Assembly: GCA_902461085.1 (NCBI GenBank)
Contig: CABPWH010000001.1
Span: forward strand, 10,520-74,519
Length of the DNA: 64,000 nt
Reading direction: 5' to 3'
Source: an uncultured Collinsella sp.
GTDB lineage: Bacteria; Actinomycetota; Coriobacteriia; Coriobacteriales; Coriobacteriaceae
Position numbers and translations under genes: made by a program. Under the pieces are notes generated by a model. The model saw nothing but the letters and a program-made list of their open reading frames with translations. It was not told where the DNA came from and did not search any database. Shown piece by piece: positions 18,183 to 27,473 of this stretch (position 1 is the first letter of the stretch; the number at the start of each line of letters is the position of its first letter).

Positions 18183-19385
18183 ATGCAGATTACCTCAGGC
18201 CTGCCTGAAGGCTTTAACGCCGGCGCGTACGACATGATTGTCGTCGGTGCTGGATATGCCGGTGCCGTTTGTGCCCGCCGTCTCGCCGAGACCATCGGCT
18301 ATCGTGTTGCCGTTTTGGAGCGCCGTAGCCACATTGCGGGCAATGCCTATGACTGCACTGACGAGGCCGGAATCCTGATCCACGAGTACGGTCCGCATAT
18401 CTATCACACCTTTAACGAGCGCGTGCACAATTTCCTGTCGCGCTTTACCAAGTGGACGGATTATCAGCACAAGGTGCTCGCCAACATCAACGGTACCCTT
18501 ATGCCCGTGCCCTTCAACCATGCGAGTCTCAAGCTCGCCTTTGGTGACGAGCGCGGCGAGGAGCTGTATCAGAAGCTCGTGGAGACCTTTGGCAAGGATG
18601 TCAAGGTGCCCATTATGGAGCTGCGTAAGAAGAACGACCCCGACTTGGCCGAGGTCGCCGATTACGTCTACGAGAACGTTTTTTTGCATTACACCATGAA
18701 GCAGTGGGGCCAGACGCCCGATCAGATCGATCCCTCGATCACCGGCCGCGTTCCCGTCTTTGTGGGCGATGATGACCGCTACTTCCCGCAAGCCCCCTTC
18801 CAGGGCATGCCGCAGGAGGGCTACACGGCGCTCTTTGAACACATGCTCGACCACGACCTGATCGACGTGTTCTGCGACGTGGACGCCCGCGATCTCTTTG
18901 AGATCGACGAGACCACCGTCAAGATCGACGGCAAGGTCTATGGTGGCGAGATTGTCTATACCGGTCCACTCGACGAGCTGTTCAACCTCGACTTGGGTGC
19001 GTTGCCGTACCGCACGCTCGATATGAAGTTCGAGACGCTCGATATGGACCAGTTCCAGCCCGTGGGCACCGTCAACTACACCACGAGCGAGGACTACACG
19101 CGTATCACCGAGTTCAAGAACATGACCGGTCAGGTCCTGCCCGGCAAGACCACCATCATGAAGGAGTACTCCAAGGCCTATACGCCCGGCTCGGGCGAGA
19201 CGCCGTACTACGCCATTCTTGAGCCCGAGAACCGTGAGCTCTATGAGCGCTATCTTGAGCGCGTCCAGAATCTGACGAACTTCCACCCGGTGGGTCGTCT
19301 GGCAGAGTATCGTTACTACGATATGGACGCTGTGACCAATTCCGCCCTCGATCTTTCGGATGAGATTATCGCCTGCCATGCATAA
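18183..19385 (+). CDS. glf: UDP-galactopyranose mutase
   Basis: 400 aa with an FAD-binding GAGYAG motif, strongly conserved UGM blocks (IHEYGPHIYHT) and RBS aaggag. Confidence 0.85.
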   Translation: MQITSGLPEGFNAGAYDMIVVGAGYAGAVCARRLAETIGYRVAVLERRSHIAGNAYDCTDEAGILIHEYGPHIYHTFNERVHNFLSRFTKWTDYQHKVLANINGTLMPVPFNHASLKLAFGDERGEELYQKLVETFGKDVKVPIMELRKKNDPDLAEVADYVYENVFLHYTMKQWGQTPDQIDPSITGRVPVFVGDDDRYFPQAPFQGMPQEGYTALFEHMLDHDLIDVFCDVDARDLFEIDETTVKIDGKVYGGEIVYTGPLDELFNLDLGALPYRTLDMKFETLDMDQFQPVGTVNYTTSEDYTRITEFKNMTGQVLPGKTTIMKEYSKAYTPGSGETPYYAILEPENRELYERYLERVQNLTNFHPVGRLAEYRYYDMDAVTNSALDLSDEIIACHA

Positions 19386-20409
19386 AGTCATAACATTCGG
19401 TATTCCCTCGTATAACGCCGCCAAGGACATGGACCATTGCATCACCTCCATCTTGGAGGGGAGCAATTACGCCACCGATATCGAGATTATCGTGGTGGAC
19501 GACGGCTCCAAGGACGAGACGGCCGATAAGGCCGATGAGTGGGAGGCGCGTTATCCCGGTATCATTCGCGCGGTACACCAGGAGAACGGCGGCCACGGTA
19601 TTGCCGTCCTTTCGGGTCTGTGCGAGGCACAGGGCACCTACTACAAGGTTGTTGATTCGGACGACTGGCTTGACGGCGCTGCCCTTTCGACCATGCTGTC
19701 GATTCTGCGTGGCTTTGAGGAGCGCGACCAGCGCGTTGACCTGTTTATCTCGAACTACGTGTACGAGAAGGTTTACGAGGGCACGCATACCGCTATTGGC
19801 TACAAATTTGCCCTGCCGCGCAAGAAGATCTTTTCCTGGGATCAGATCGGTCATTTCCGCCTGGACCAGAACCTACTCATGCACAGCCTGTGCTATCGCA
19901 CGGATGTGCTGCGCGAGTCCAACCTTCCCATGCCGCCGTACACGTTCTATGTGGACAACATCTACGCCTACGTGCCGCTGCCGCGTTGCAAGACCATGTA
20001 CTACGCCGACATCGACCTCTACCGCTACTTTATCGGTCGCGAGGGCCAGAGTGTCAACGAGGCCACGATGGTCAAGCGTCTGGACCAGCAGTTCCGTGTG
20101 ACGCGCATCATGATGGAGTCGTACCACCTGTACAGCGATGTTGAGTCGTCGCGTCTGCGCTCGTACATGATGGGCTATTTCACCATGATGATGGCGATCT
20201 GCTCGGTGCTCACCAAGCTTTCCGAGGAGGATTGCGCCGACGAGCGCCTAAAGACGCTGTGGAATGATTTGAAGGCCTACGACGAGCGCATGTATCGTCG
20301 TGCCCGCTACGGCGTGGTCGGCTTCTTCACTAACCTGCGTGGACGGGCCGGGGACAAAACCACACTCGGCCTATACCGTCTTGCCTCAAAGATCTTCAAA
20401 TTCAACTAG
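19378..20409 (+). CDS. Family 2 glycosyltransferase (probable galactofuranosyl transferase partner of glf)
   Basis: GT2 N-terminal Rossmann domain (ITFGIPSYNAAKDMDHCITSIL, VVDDGSKDET, DSDDW). Overlaps the glf stop by 8 nt. Its last 12 codons lie inside palindrome P2. Confidence 0.8.
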   Translation: MHKVITFGIPSYNAAKDMDHCITSILEGSNYATDIEIIVVDDGSKDETADKADEWEARYPGIIRAVHQENGGHGIAVLSGLCEAQGTYYKVVDSDDWLDGAALSTMLSILRGFEERDQRVDLFISNYVYEKVYEGTHTAIGYKFALPRKKIFSWDQIGHFRLDQNLLMHSLCYRTDVLRESNLPMPPYTFYVDNIYAYVPLPRCKTMYYADIDLYRYFIGREGQSVNEATMVKRLDQQFRVTRIMMESYHLYSDVESSRLRSYMMGYFTMMMAICSVLTKLSEEDCADERLKTLWNDLKAYDERMYRRARYGVVGFFTNLRGRAGDKTTLGLYRLASKIFKFN

Positions 20410-20605
20410 CACAGAAGCGCTCGGGTAACGGGGACCCCTGGTCCTTAACTTGCTACTTCGAACAGTCCTGCGCAAGACGGAGGCGCCACTGGCGCCTCCT
20501 TTGCGTGCGGAACTCGTATCAAGTTAAGGACCAGGGGTCCTCTGCTATGTCTCGCTTTGTGTCAGCAAGCTGAATTTGAAGATCTTGGACGCGCGGTACA
20601 CAGGG
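20365..20605. repeat. Giant nested palindrome P2, about 240 bp with three nested tiers
   Basis: Outer imperfect arms with a 17-bp perfect core aagatcttcaaattca (20385-20401 / 20570-20586). Middle 21-bp perfect arms ggacccctggtccttaacttg (20431-20451 / 20519-20539). Core hairpin ggaggcgcc-act-ggcgcctcc (20478-20498). Confidence 0.8.
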
Positions 20606-20633
20606 GCCTGGGCTGAAAGAGATCTTGTTGAGT

Positions 20634-20758
20634 AGGTTGCCCGGTGGGGCTTGGTTATGTTTGTCGCGAGTTCCGCACGAGCCGAAGAGCACTTAATGTG
20701 CTCTTCGTGCGAGCCAGGACTGTAGAGCAGCAAACATAACCAAGCCCCGCCGGGCAAC
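20634..20758. repeat. Giant nested palindrome P3: 29-bp arms with one mismatch plus inner stems
   Basis: ggttgcccggtggggcttggttatgtttg ... caaacataaccaagccccgccgggcaacc; inner gaagagcac-ttaat-gtgctcttc. Shares the 13-mer cgagttccgcacg with P2 in inverted orientation. Ends 14 bp before the S58 peptidase stop. Confidence 0.8.
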
Positions 20759-20771
20759 CGGACGACCTAGT

Positions 20772-21773
20772 TTACTTTGCGGCTCCGGGGACGCCGTGGG
20801 AGGTTTTGGCAGTTTTGGCTCCGTTCACGATGGCGGTTTCCAGGGCCCTTACAGCGAGCATGCCCAGCAGGTCTAGGGGAACGGCGGCGCTTGCTTGGGC
20901 GCCTAGTTTGCCGCTGGCGAGGGTGTAGATGGTGTCGCCGTCGTTGGTGGTGTGCGTGGGACGGATGGCGTGTGCGTAGGCGTCTGCGGCCATCTGGGAG
21001 ACCTTGGTGGCTTGTGCCTTAGTGAGTTCCACGTTGGTGACGATGCAGCTGATGGTGGTGTTGGTGCGGTCGAGCGGCATCTGCATGGATCCGGCGGCGG
21101 CAAAGGCTGCGAGTTCCATGTCGACGATCTGGTCGCTATCGGCTGCGGCGCGCATACCGGCGACCCACTCGCCGGTGAAGGGGTCGACAACGTTGCCGCA
21201 GGCGTTGACCGAGACCACGGCGCCCACCTTGATGGGGCCGAGAGCCAAAGCGGCAGCGCCAAGGCCGGCCTTCATGCAGGTAGCGGGGCCCATGAGCTTA
21301 CCCACGGTAGCGCCCGTGCCGGCGCCTACGTTGCCCTGTTCGAGCTTGGTGGGGGTGTGGTCGAGTGCTTCGCGCACGGCGGCGATGCCGGCCTCAATGT
21401 CGGGGCGAACGGTGGGGTTACCAAAGGCGAGATCGAAGATACAGCTGGAGCACACGATAGGCACCTGCGTGGGGCCGACGGGAAGGCCGATGCCGCGTCT
21501 CTCAAGCTCGCGAGCGACGCCGCTTGCAGCCTCGAGGCCAAAGGCCGATCCACCCGAAAGGCAGACGGCGTGTACCTTGTCGACGGTGTTCTCGGGTCGC
21601 AGCAGGTCGGTTTCGCGCGATGCTGGAGCACCGCCGCGAACGTCAACGCCGCCGGTGGCGCCCTCGGGTGCCACGATTACGGTGCAACCGGTGCCGGCCT
21701 CCTCGTCCGTATAGTTGCCATAGCAAAAGCCATCGACATCGCAGACGTCAATGGCCTCGAGCAGTGTATCCAT
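20772..21773 (-). CDS. P1/S58-family peptidase (DmpA/L-aminopeptidase D-Ala-esterase-like)
   Basis: 333 aa carrying GTGCTVIV and the VRGGAPASRETDLL block typical of DmpA/ArgJ-fold autoproteolytic enzymes. RBS aggag. Confidence 0.75.
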   Translation of the reverse strand: MDTLLEAIDVCDVDGFCYGNYTDEEAGTGCTVIVAPEGATGGVDVRGGAPASRETDLLRPENTVDKVHAVCLSGGSAFGLEAASGVARELERRGIGLPVGPTQVPIVCSSCIFDLAFGNPTVRPDIEAGIAAVREALDHTPTKLEQGNVGAGTGATVGKLMGPATCMKAGLGAAALALGPIKVGAVVSVNACGNVVDPFTGEWVAGMRAAADSDQIVDMELAAFAAAGSMQMPLDRTNTTISCIVTNVELTKAQATKVSQMAADAYAHAIRPTHTTNDGDTIYTLASGKLGAQASAAVPLDLLGMLAVRALETAIVNGAKTAKTSHGVPGAAK

Positions 21774-21835
21774 GTTTAACTCCTATCGGTTTTCCGCCGC
21801 GCCTTGTGCCCGGTCGGGATCCGTACGGTACGCCA

Positions 21836-21870
21836 AAATTGTAGGCGCTGGGGAATACCCAGCGCCAGAT
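21836..21870 (-). terminator. Stem-loop after maf
   Basis: ggcgctggg-gaata-cccagcgcc followed by a T-rich tract on the minus strand. Confidence 0.45.
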
Positions 21871-21874
21871 GCAA

Positions 21875-22456
21875 TTACGAGAGTTTTTGAATCGCGCGCG
21901 CGACGCGGGCGATGGGTAGGCCCACCACATTATAGAAGTCGCCCGAAATATCGTGCACGAGCATGCGTCCGCCTGTGCCCTGAATGCCGTAGGCGCCGGC
22001 CTTGTCCATGGGCTCACCCGAGGCGACGTAGCGCTCGATCTGCTCGTCGGTGAGCTCGTAGAACGTCACGTCGGTCACATCGACAAAGGACAGGCTCTCG
22101 GCGGCATGCGGGGCGGCCGTATCGCCTGCCTTAACGATGCAGACGCCGGTTGCGACCTGGTGCGTGCGGCCCGAAAGCTCACGGAGCATGGTGCGCGCCT
22201 CGTCCTCGGTTGCCGGCTTGCCCAAAATCTTGCCGTCGAAGGTGACGATGGTGTCGGCCGCGACGGTCAACTCATTGGGCTCGGCATACTCGGCAGCAAC
22301 GGCAGCCGCCTTGGCGCGTGCCAAGCGCTCGACAAGCGTGAGCGGGGGCTCGCCATCAAAGGGCGTTTCGTCGATATCCGCGGGAATCACGCGAATGTTG
22401 TAGCCTGCCTCGCGCATCAGCTCTATGCGGCGCGGCGATTGGGAAGCCAAAATCAT
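21875..22456 (-). CDS. maf: Maf-like nucleoside triphosphate pyrophosphatase
   Basis: 193 aa, MILASQSPRRIELMREAG..., conserved Maf motifs. 4-nt overlap with the upstream DJ-1 gene. Confidence 0.85.
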   Translation of the reverse strand: MILASQSPRRIELMREAGYNIRVIPADIDETPFDGEPPLTLVERLARAKAAAVAAEYAEPNELTVAADTIVTFDGKILGKPATEDEARTMLRELSGRTHQVATGVCIVKAGDTAAPHAAESLSFVDVTDVTFYELTDEQIERYVASGEPMDKAGAYGIQGTGGRMLVHDISGDFYNVVGLPIARVARAIQKLS

Positions 22457-22995
22457 AGTTGGATGCCCTCGGCGACCTTCTCGACGGCCTTGTCGCCGGC
22501 GAGCGTGCGCAGCAGCTCCAATGCAAAGGGGAGTGACTGTGCCATGCCGCTGGCAGTGATGATGTTGCCGTCTTGCGTGACCTTCTCGCCGGTATAGGCG
22601 CCTTCGGGGAAGCTTTTCTCAAAGCCAGGGAAGCACGTGGCGTGGCGCCCCTCGAGCAGGTCGAGCTCGCCCAGGATAAACGGGGCGGCGCAGATGGCGG
22701 CGACGTGCTTGGTCGCGGCGAACTCGCAGACCACGTCGCAGACACGCTGATCGGCGCGCAGGTTGGTGGCACCGGGCAGGCCGCCGGGCAGCACGACGCA
22801 GTCGTACTCGTCAAAGTTGATCTCATCAAAGAGCGCATCGCAGGTCACGGGGATCTGCAGCGAGCTTACGACCTCACGCGTGGGCATAATCGAGACGAGC
22901 GTGGCACGCACGCCGCCGCGACGCATGACATCGACCATGGTCAAGCATTCAATAGTTTCAAAGCCATCGGCGGCGAGAACGGCAACGCTGGGCAT
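22453..22995 (-). CDS. DJ-1/PfpI (ThiJ) family protein
   Basis: Class I glutamine amidotransferase-like fold with the catalytic Cys in the AAICAAP context. The start at MPSVAVLAADG is preferred because of the RBS aaagga. Confidence 0.8.
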   Translation of the reverse strand: MPSVAVLAADGFETIECLTMVDVMRRGGVRATLVSIMPTREVVSSLQIPVTCDALFDEINFDEYDCVVLPGGLPGATNLRADQRVCDVVCEFAATKHVAAICAAPFILGELDLLEGRHATCFPGFEKSFPEGAYTGEKVTQDGNIITASGMAQSLPFALELLRTLAGDKAVEKVAEGIQL

Positions 22996-23101
22996 GAGGG
23001 TTCCTTTCATAGGCGGCATACAATTAGCCGTCTTATACCCCGAAGACCTCCGCTTGCCACGCTCGATTTCCCAATGATTTTTCTGAGCAATGATTAAGTG
23101 G

Positions 23102-24415
23102 CTAGTTGCGCTTGAGGTGGACGACGGTTTCGCAGTGGAAGGTTTGTGGGAATAGGTCGACTGGCGTGATCTTTATGGGGGAGAAGGTGCCTTCTTCGAC
23201 AAAGCGTTTGAGATCGCGCGCCAGGGTGGCCGGGTCGCAGCTCACGTAGGCGACATCGCGGGCACTCGTGCTGGCGATAAGGTCGATCGCCTCGGGGGCG
23301 AGGCCTGCGCGCGGCGGGTCGACCACCAAGATGTCGGCATCCTGGTCGGGGAACTCGCGCACCGCGTCTCCGCCAATGACGTCGACGTTATCAAGCTTGT
23401 TGATTTCCAGGTTACGGCGTAGATCGCGCACGGCGGGGCCGTAGGCCTCGACGGCAGCGACAAAGTCGCAGCGGCGGGCGAGCGGCAGGGTAAAGGTGCC
23501 GGCACCGCAGTACAGGTCCACGGCAAGCTCGTCTTCCTGCGGGTCGAGCGCTTTCATGACAAGCTCGATCAAAATCTCGGCACCCTTGGTGTTGACCTGG
23601 AAAAAAGACGGGGCAGACAAGCGCATCTGACCCTCGGCGATATTCTCGGTCCATGAGCCCTCTCCGGCGAGCATTTCGACCTTGGAGACACGGCGGGCCT
23701 TCTTTTCGCCCTTGCTCATCACGCGCACGATGCTCGTGGGATGAGCGGCGTCCGCCAGCACGCGGGAGACCTGCGAGCGCGGAAAAGAGCCTGTGGGCGT
23801 CCAGAGCGCCACTTCGAGTGCCTTGGTGCGACGCGAGGCGCGAATGCCCACGCGCTCGAGGCCCAGGTCGTGGCTGCCGCTCAGATAATTGAGCGCACCG
23901 ACGACCGATTTGAGTGCCTTGGGGAAGCGTTTGTCGAACAACGGGCACGAATCGACGGTCACGATCTTGCGAGGATCGACACCGTGCATGCCAAGACGCA
24001 CGCGGCCGTTTACAACGGTCGGCTCGAGTTCGATTTTATTGCGGTAGCCCCAATCATCCTTGGTGTGGCGGATGGGTTGCACCAGTTCATCGACTTGATC
24101 GGGGCTGAACTTGCCGATACGCTCGAGCGTGGAGCGCAGATTTTGCTCCTTGGCGGCGAGCTGTGCCGTGCGTGAGAGATTGCCCCACGAGCAGCCGCCG
24201 CAGATGCCCACGAAGGGGCAGGGAGGCTGAACGCGATCGGGGCTTGGCTCCAGAATCTCGGTGGTGCGGGCACGCATGAACGACTTGCCGTCCTGTACGA
24301 CCTCGGCCTCGACGGTGTCGCCTGCCACGGCGCCCTGCACAAAGACGGCCTTACCGTTGTCGGCGTGCGCCAGCCCGTCGGCGCCGTAGGTCATCGATTC
24401 TATAGTGAGCTTCAT
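23102..24415 (-). CDS. rlmD: 23S rRNA (uracil-C5)-methyltransferase RlmD/RumA family (TRAM + Fe-S + SAM MTase)
   Basis: TRAM domain at the N-terminus, Cys cluster CPFVGICGGC, SAM motifs DLYCGAGTF and the catalytic block YVSCDPATLARD. Confidence 0.8.
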   Translation of the reverse strand: MKLTIESMTYGADGLAHADNGKAVFVQGAVAGDTVEAEVVQDGKSFMRARTTEILEPSPDRVQPPCPFVGICGGCSWGNLSRTAQLAAKEQNLRSTLERIGKFSPDQVDELVQPIRHTKDDWGYRNKIELEPTVVNGRVRLGMHGVDPRKIVTVDSCPLFDKRFPKALKSVVGALNYLSGSHDLGLERVGIRASRRTKALEVALWTPTGSFPRSQVSRVLADAAHPTSIVRVMSKGEKKARRVSKVEMLAGEGSWTENIAEGQMRLSAPSFFQVNTKGAEILIELVMKALDPQEDELAVDLYCGAGTFTLPLARRCDFVAAVEAYGPAVRDLRRNLEINKLDNVDVIGGDAVREFPDQDADILVVDPPRAGLAPEAIDLIASTSARDVAYVSCDPATLARDLKRFVEEGTFSPIKITPVDLFPQTFHCETVVHLKRN

Positions 24416-24457
24416 ATTCCTGCCTGTCATTCGCGTTGTTGTTCGCACCATGGTAGC

Positions 24458-24504
24458 AGGGAAAAGCGCCCCGCATCCGAGGCTTTCCTCAAATGCGGGG
24501 CGCT
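24458..24504 (-). terminator. Intrinsic terminator after ppk1
   Basis: agcgccccgcat-N16-atgcggggcgct (12-bp perfect stem) followed by uuuuccc on the minus-strand RNA. Confidence 0.6.
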
Positions 24505-24536
24505 TCTACAACCGCTTCTACAAACTGCTTCTACAA
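24502..24536. repeat. Three tandem direct repeats gcttctacaa (period 12-13) immediately 3' of ppk1
   Basis: gcttctacaacc gcttctacaaact gcttctacaaacg. Confidence 0.7.
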
Positions 24537-24540
24537 ACGA

Positions 24541-26949
24541 CTATTTCGTCTTGCCGGTAATGAGCGTCTTAAGACCCAGGCCGATCAGACCCAGGCCCAT
24601 GCGCACGCGACCGGGGCGATGGCGCTCGATGGCCTTGGTCTTGCCGGCGGGCTTATCGCGACGGGCGCTCGTCTCGGGTGCGGGCTTGGTGACCTGCGGC
24701 TCGGGCTGAGGTGCAGGTGCGGGCTCGGGCTCAATGACGGTCGCCTGGACCTCTTGGACTTTGGGTGCTACCGGCTGCGGCTCGGGCTCGGGGGCGGGTT
24801 TCGCCTCAATGACGGGCTCGGGCGCGGCCTCGGCGTTGCGATAGGCACGCTCCAGCAGGGCTTCCTGCGAGTTGAAGGGTTTCTCACCCTCTGCACGCTC
24901 CACGGGGACCCAGGTGCCGTCGCTCGTGAGGCTGCGGGCCTTCACGTTGTCGCGCAGCTGCATGCCCATGTACTCGTGCACTAGGGCGCGGCAGGTGGGG
25001 TCGAGCACGGGGAAGGCAATCTCCACGCGGTGCTCGGTGTTGCGCGTCATCATGTCTGCCGAGCTCAGGTAAATCATGTCCGAGTCCACGCCGAAAGCAT
25101 AGACGCGCGCGTGCTCCAAAAAGCGTCCGACGATGGAGCGGACATGCACGTTCTCGGTCTTGCCCGGAACACCGGGCTTGAGACACGAGATGCCGCGGAT
25201 GATCATGTCCACGCGGACTCCTGCGCACGATGCCTCGGCGATCTTGTCGATAACCTCGCGGTCGGTCAGCGAGTTGAGCTTAAAGAACACGCGGGCGGGC
25301 TCGCCGGCAAGGGCGCGCTGGATCTCGCGGTCAAGCCCGCGCATGATGAGCGGTTTCAGTCCGACGGGCGCCACACCCAGGAAGCGGTAGTCGCCGCGCA
25401 GGTTGCCCAGCGACAGATTGCGGAAGAACAGGTTGGCGTCCTCGCCGATGCCGGGATGGGCTGTCATGAGCATAAAGTCGCTGTAGAGTTTGGCCGTCTT
25501 CTCGTTAAAGTTGCCGGTGCCCAAAAGCGTGAGGCGCGTTAGCGCCATGCCCTCGCGATAGGTGAGCTGGCAGATCTTTGAGTGGCATTTAAAGCCCTCG
25601 GAACCATAGATGACGGTGCAGCCGGCCTCTTCCAGGCGCTCGGCCCACTCGATGTTGTTCTGCTCGTCAAAGCGGGCACGAAGTTCCATGAGCACCGTGA
25701 CCTCTTTGCCGTTCTCGGCAGCATCGATCAGCGACTCGCACAGGCGGCTCTGCTTGGCCACGCGGTAGAGCGTGATGCGCAGCGAGATGCACTCGGTGTC
25801 GTAGGCGGCCTCGTGCACCAGATCCAGGAAGGGGTTCATGGCCTCGTAGGGATAAAAGAGCAGCTTGTCGTGCTGCAGCACCTGCTCGCGGATGGAGCGG
25901 GTCATGTCGATGGTGGGATTGGGCTGCGGCCTAAACGGCGTAAAGAGCAGCTCGTTGCGCAGGTGCTCGGGAATCTTGCCCTCAATGCCAAAGACGTAGC
26001 CCAGGTCGAGCGGGATATCGCAGGTAAAGACAGAGCGGCGCGAAAGCTCGAGCGCCTTGCGGATGGTCTTGAGCGTTGCCTTCTCGAGCGACCCCGAGAC
26101 CGCGAGCACTACCGGCTGCAGACGCAGGCGCTTCTTGAGGATGCGCTTCATGTGCTGGCGGTAGTCCTCTTCCTCTTCGACGCCCTCGCCGTCCGGATCG
26201 ATGTCGGCGTTGCGGGTGACGCGGATCAGCGCACGATCCAGCGGCTTATAGGAGCCAAAGCAGCTGTCCAGGCAGGCGAGGATGACGTCCTCGAGCAAGA
26301 TGTAGGAGTAGGTGCCGGTGGGCGAGGGGATCTCGACCACGCGGTTCATCGAGGCGGAAATCTCGATAAGGCCCAGCAGGCTCTCCTCGTCGGTGGCGCC
26401 GTCCAGACCACAGGCCAGATAGAGCGCGCCATTGCGTAGGTTGGGGAAGGGGTGGCGAGGATCGATGACCAGCGGCGAGATGACCGGCGACACGTAGGCC
26501 TGGAAGTAGCGGGTTACAAAGGTGCGCTCCTCGGGCGTAAGCGAATCGATGCGGGCGCGGTGAACGCCCAAGGTGTCGAGCTTGCCCTCGATGCTCTTAA
26601 AGATGGACTCCCAACGGGTAAGGAGCCCGGGCATTTCGGCCATGACAGCATCGACCTGTTCGGAGGCGGTCATATTGCTCTTGTTGTCGACAGGTTGTTT
26701 TTTGAGCTCCGCCAGATCGGACAGGCCGCCCACGCGCACCATGAGAAACTCGTCGAGGTTAGACTCGAAAATCGATACGAACTTTAGACGCTCGAACAGC
26801 GGAACGGTCTCATCGAAGGCTTCGTCAAGCACGCGGTTGTCAAAGCGCAGCCAGCTAAGCTCTCGGTTTTGCGTGTACGAGAAGTCGCGCGGCGGTTTGC
26901 GCAGCTTTGCGGCGGCTTGCTTCTTTTCGATTTTGCTCGGCATATGCAT
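24541..26949 (-). CDS. ppk: Polyphosphate kinase 1 with a C-terminal PE-rich extension of about 100 aa
   Basis: NRELSWLRFNxRVLxEA N-terminus, PLD-like HKD domains, PE-rich tail (APEPVIEAKPAPEPEPQP...) ending in a hydrophobic GLGLIGLGL segment. Start at 26949 (MHMPSK) or 26943 (MPSK) is preferred over 26988. Confidence 0.85.
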   Translation of the reverse strand: MHMPSKIEKKQAAAKLRKPPRDFSYTQNRELSWLRFDNRVLDEAFDETVPLFERLKFVSIFESNLDEFLMVRVGGLSDLAELKKQPVDNKSNMTASEQVDAVMAEMPGLLTRWESIFKSIEGKLDTLGVHRARIDSLTPEERTFVTRYFQAYVSPVISPLVIDPRHPFPNLRNGALYLACGLDGATDEESLLGLIEISASMNRVVEIPSPTGTYSYILLEDVILACLDSCFGSYKPLDRALIRVTRNADIDPDGEGVEEEEDYRQHMKRILKKRLRLQPVVLAVSGSLEKATLKTIRKALELSRRSVFTCDIPLDLGYVFGIEGKIPEHLRNELLFTPFRPQPNPTIDMTRSIREQVLQHDKLLFYPYEAMNPFLDLVHEAAYDTECISLRITLYRVAKQSRLCESLIDAAENGKEVTVLMELRARFDEQNNIEWAERLEEAGCTVIYGSEGFKCHSKICQLTYREGMALTRLTLLGTGNFNEKTAKLYSDFMLMTAHPGIGEDANLFFRNLSLGNLRGDYRFLGVAPVGLKPLIMRGLDREIQRALAGEPARVFFKLNSLTDREVIDKIAEASCAGVRVDMIIRGISCLKPGVPGKTENVHVRSIVGRFLEHARVYAFGVDSDMIYLSSADMMTRNTEHRVEIAFPVLDPTCRALVHEYMGMQLRDNVKARSLTSDGTWVPVERAEGEKPFNSQEALLERAYRNAEAAPEPVIEAKPAPEPEPQPVAPKVQEVQATVIEPEPAPAPQPEPQVTKPAPETSARRDKPAGKTKAIERHRPGRVRMGLGLIGLGLKTLITGKTK

Positions 26950-27351
26950 CTGTCCGTTCAGTCCCCACAGAGGACGGTAGCCTAACACTTTTCACTATTG
27001 TCTCAATTTAGTCGACCGCTGGCACGGACGTATCGCGTGAACGGTATCTTTACCTACTTCTTACGCTGACAAGTCATAGGACTGACGCCCTGCTCGTCTG
27101 CAAGTGGTCTATATCCTCACTCAACTGGTACGTAAGTGTGAATAAGAATGATAGATAGCTGAATATCATCGAATACAGGCGGAAACGTAAACAAGCGTCA
27201 TTTATATACATAAAACTTATTTAGCTATGCAATTCTGAATCAAAAGTTTAGAGATGCAATTGCAAATGGTTTTTAGGAAAAAAGAGCGTTTACCTTAGAA
27301 AAGTTACTTTAGAATGCCGAAGTACATCATGGGGGAATCACATGCGATATA

Positions 27352-27416
27352 CCGTTCATCGCACTTTGTTGACCGTTCGGGGGCGAGGTGGAATTGCGGG
27401 TGGAATTTGGATATAA
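27352..27416 (+). promoter_or_regulatory. arcA copy-1 promoter region: two direct CCGTTC repeats 21 bp apart followed by a -10-like gatataa
   Basis: accgttcatcgc ... gaccgttcggggg ... ggatataact. The same architecture is conserved upstream of arcA copy 2. Confidence 0.4.
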
Positions 27417-27473
27417 CTAGAGCTGTCAGCAAGCAGCGTCCGCTATGGAAGGGCGCTGAGAGATTCGGCCGAA

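Noticed and set aside
20545-20757. 70-aa minus ORF ending ...YRASKIFKFSLL resembling the GT2 C-terminus
   Set aside because: It is the reverse-complement arm of palindrome P2, not a paralogous gene fragment.
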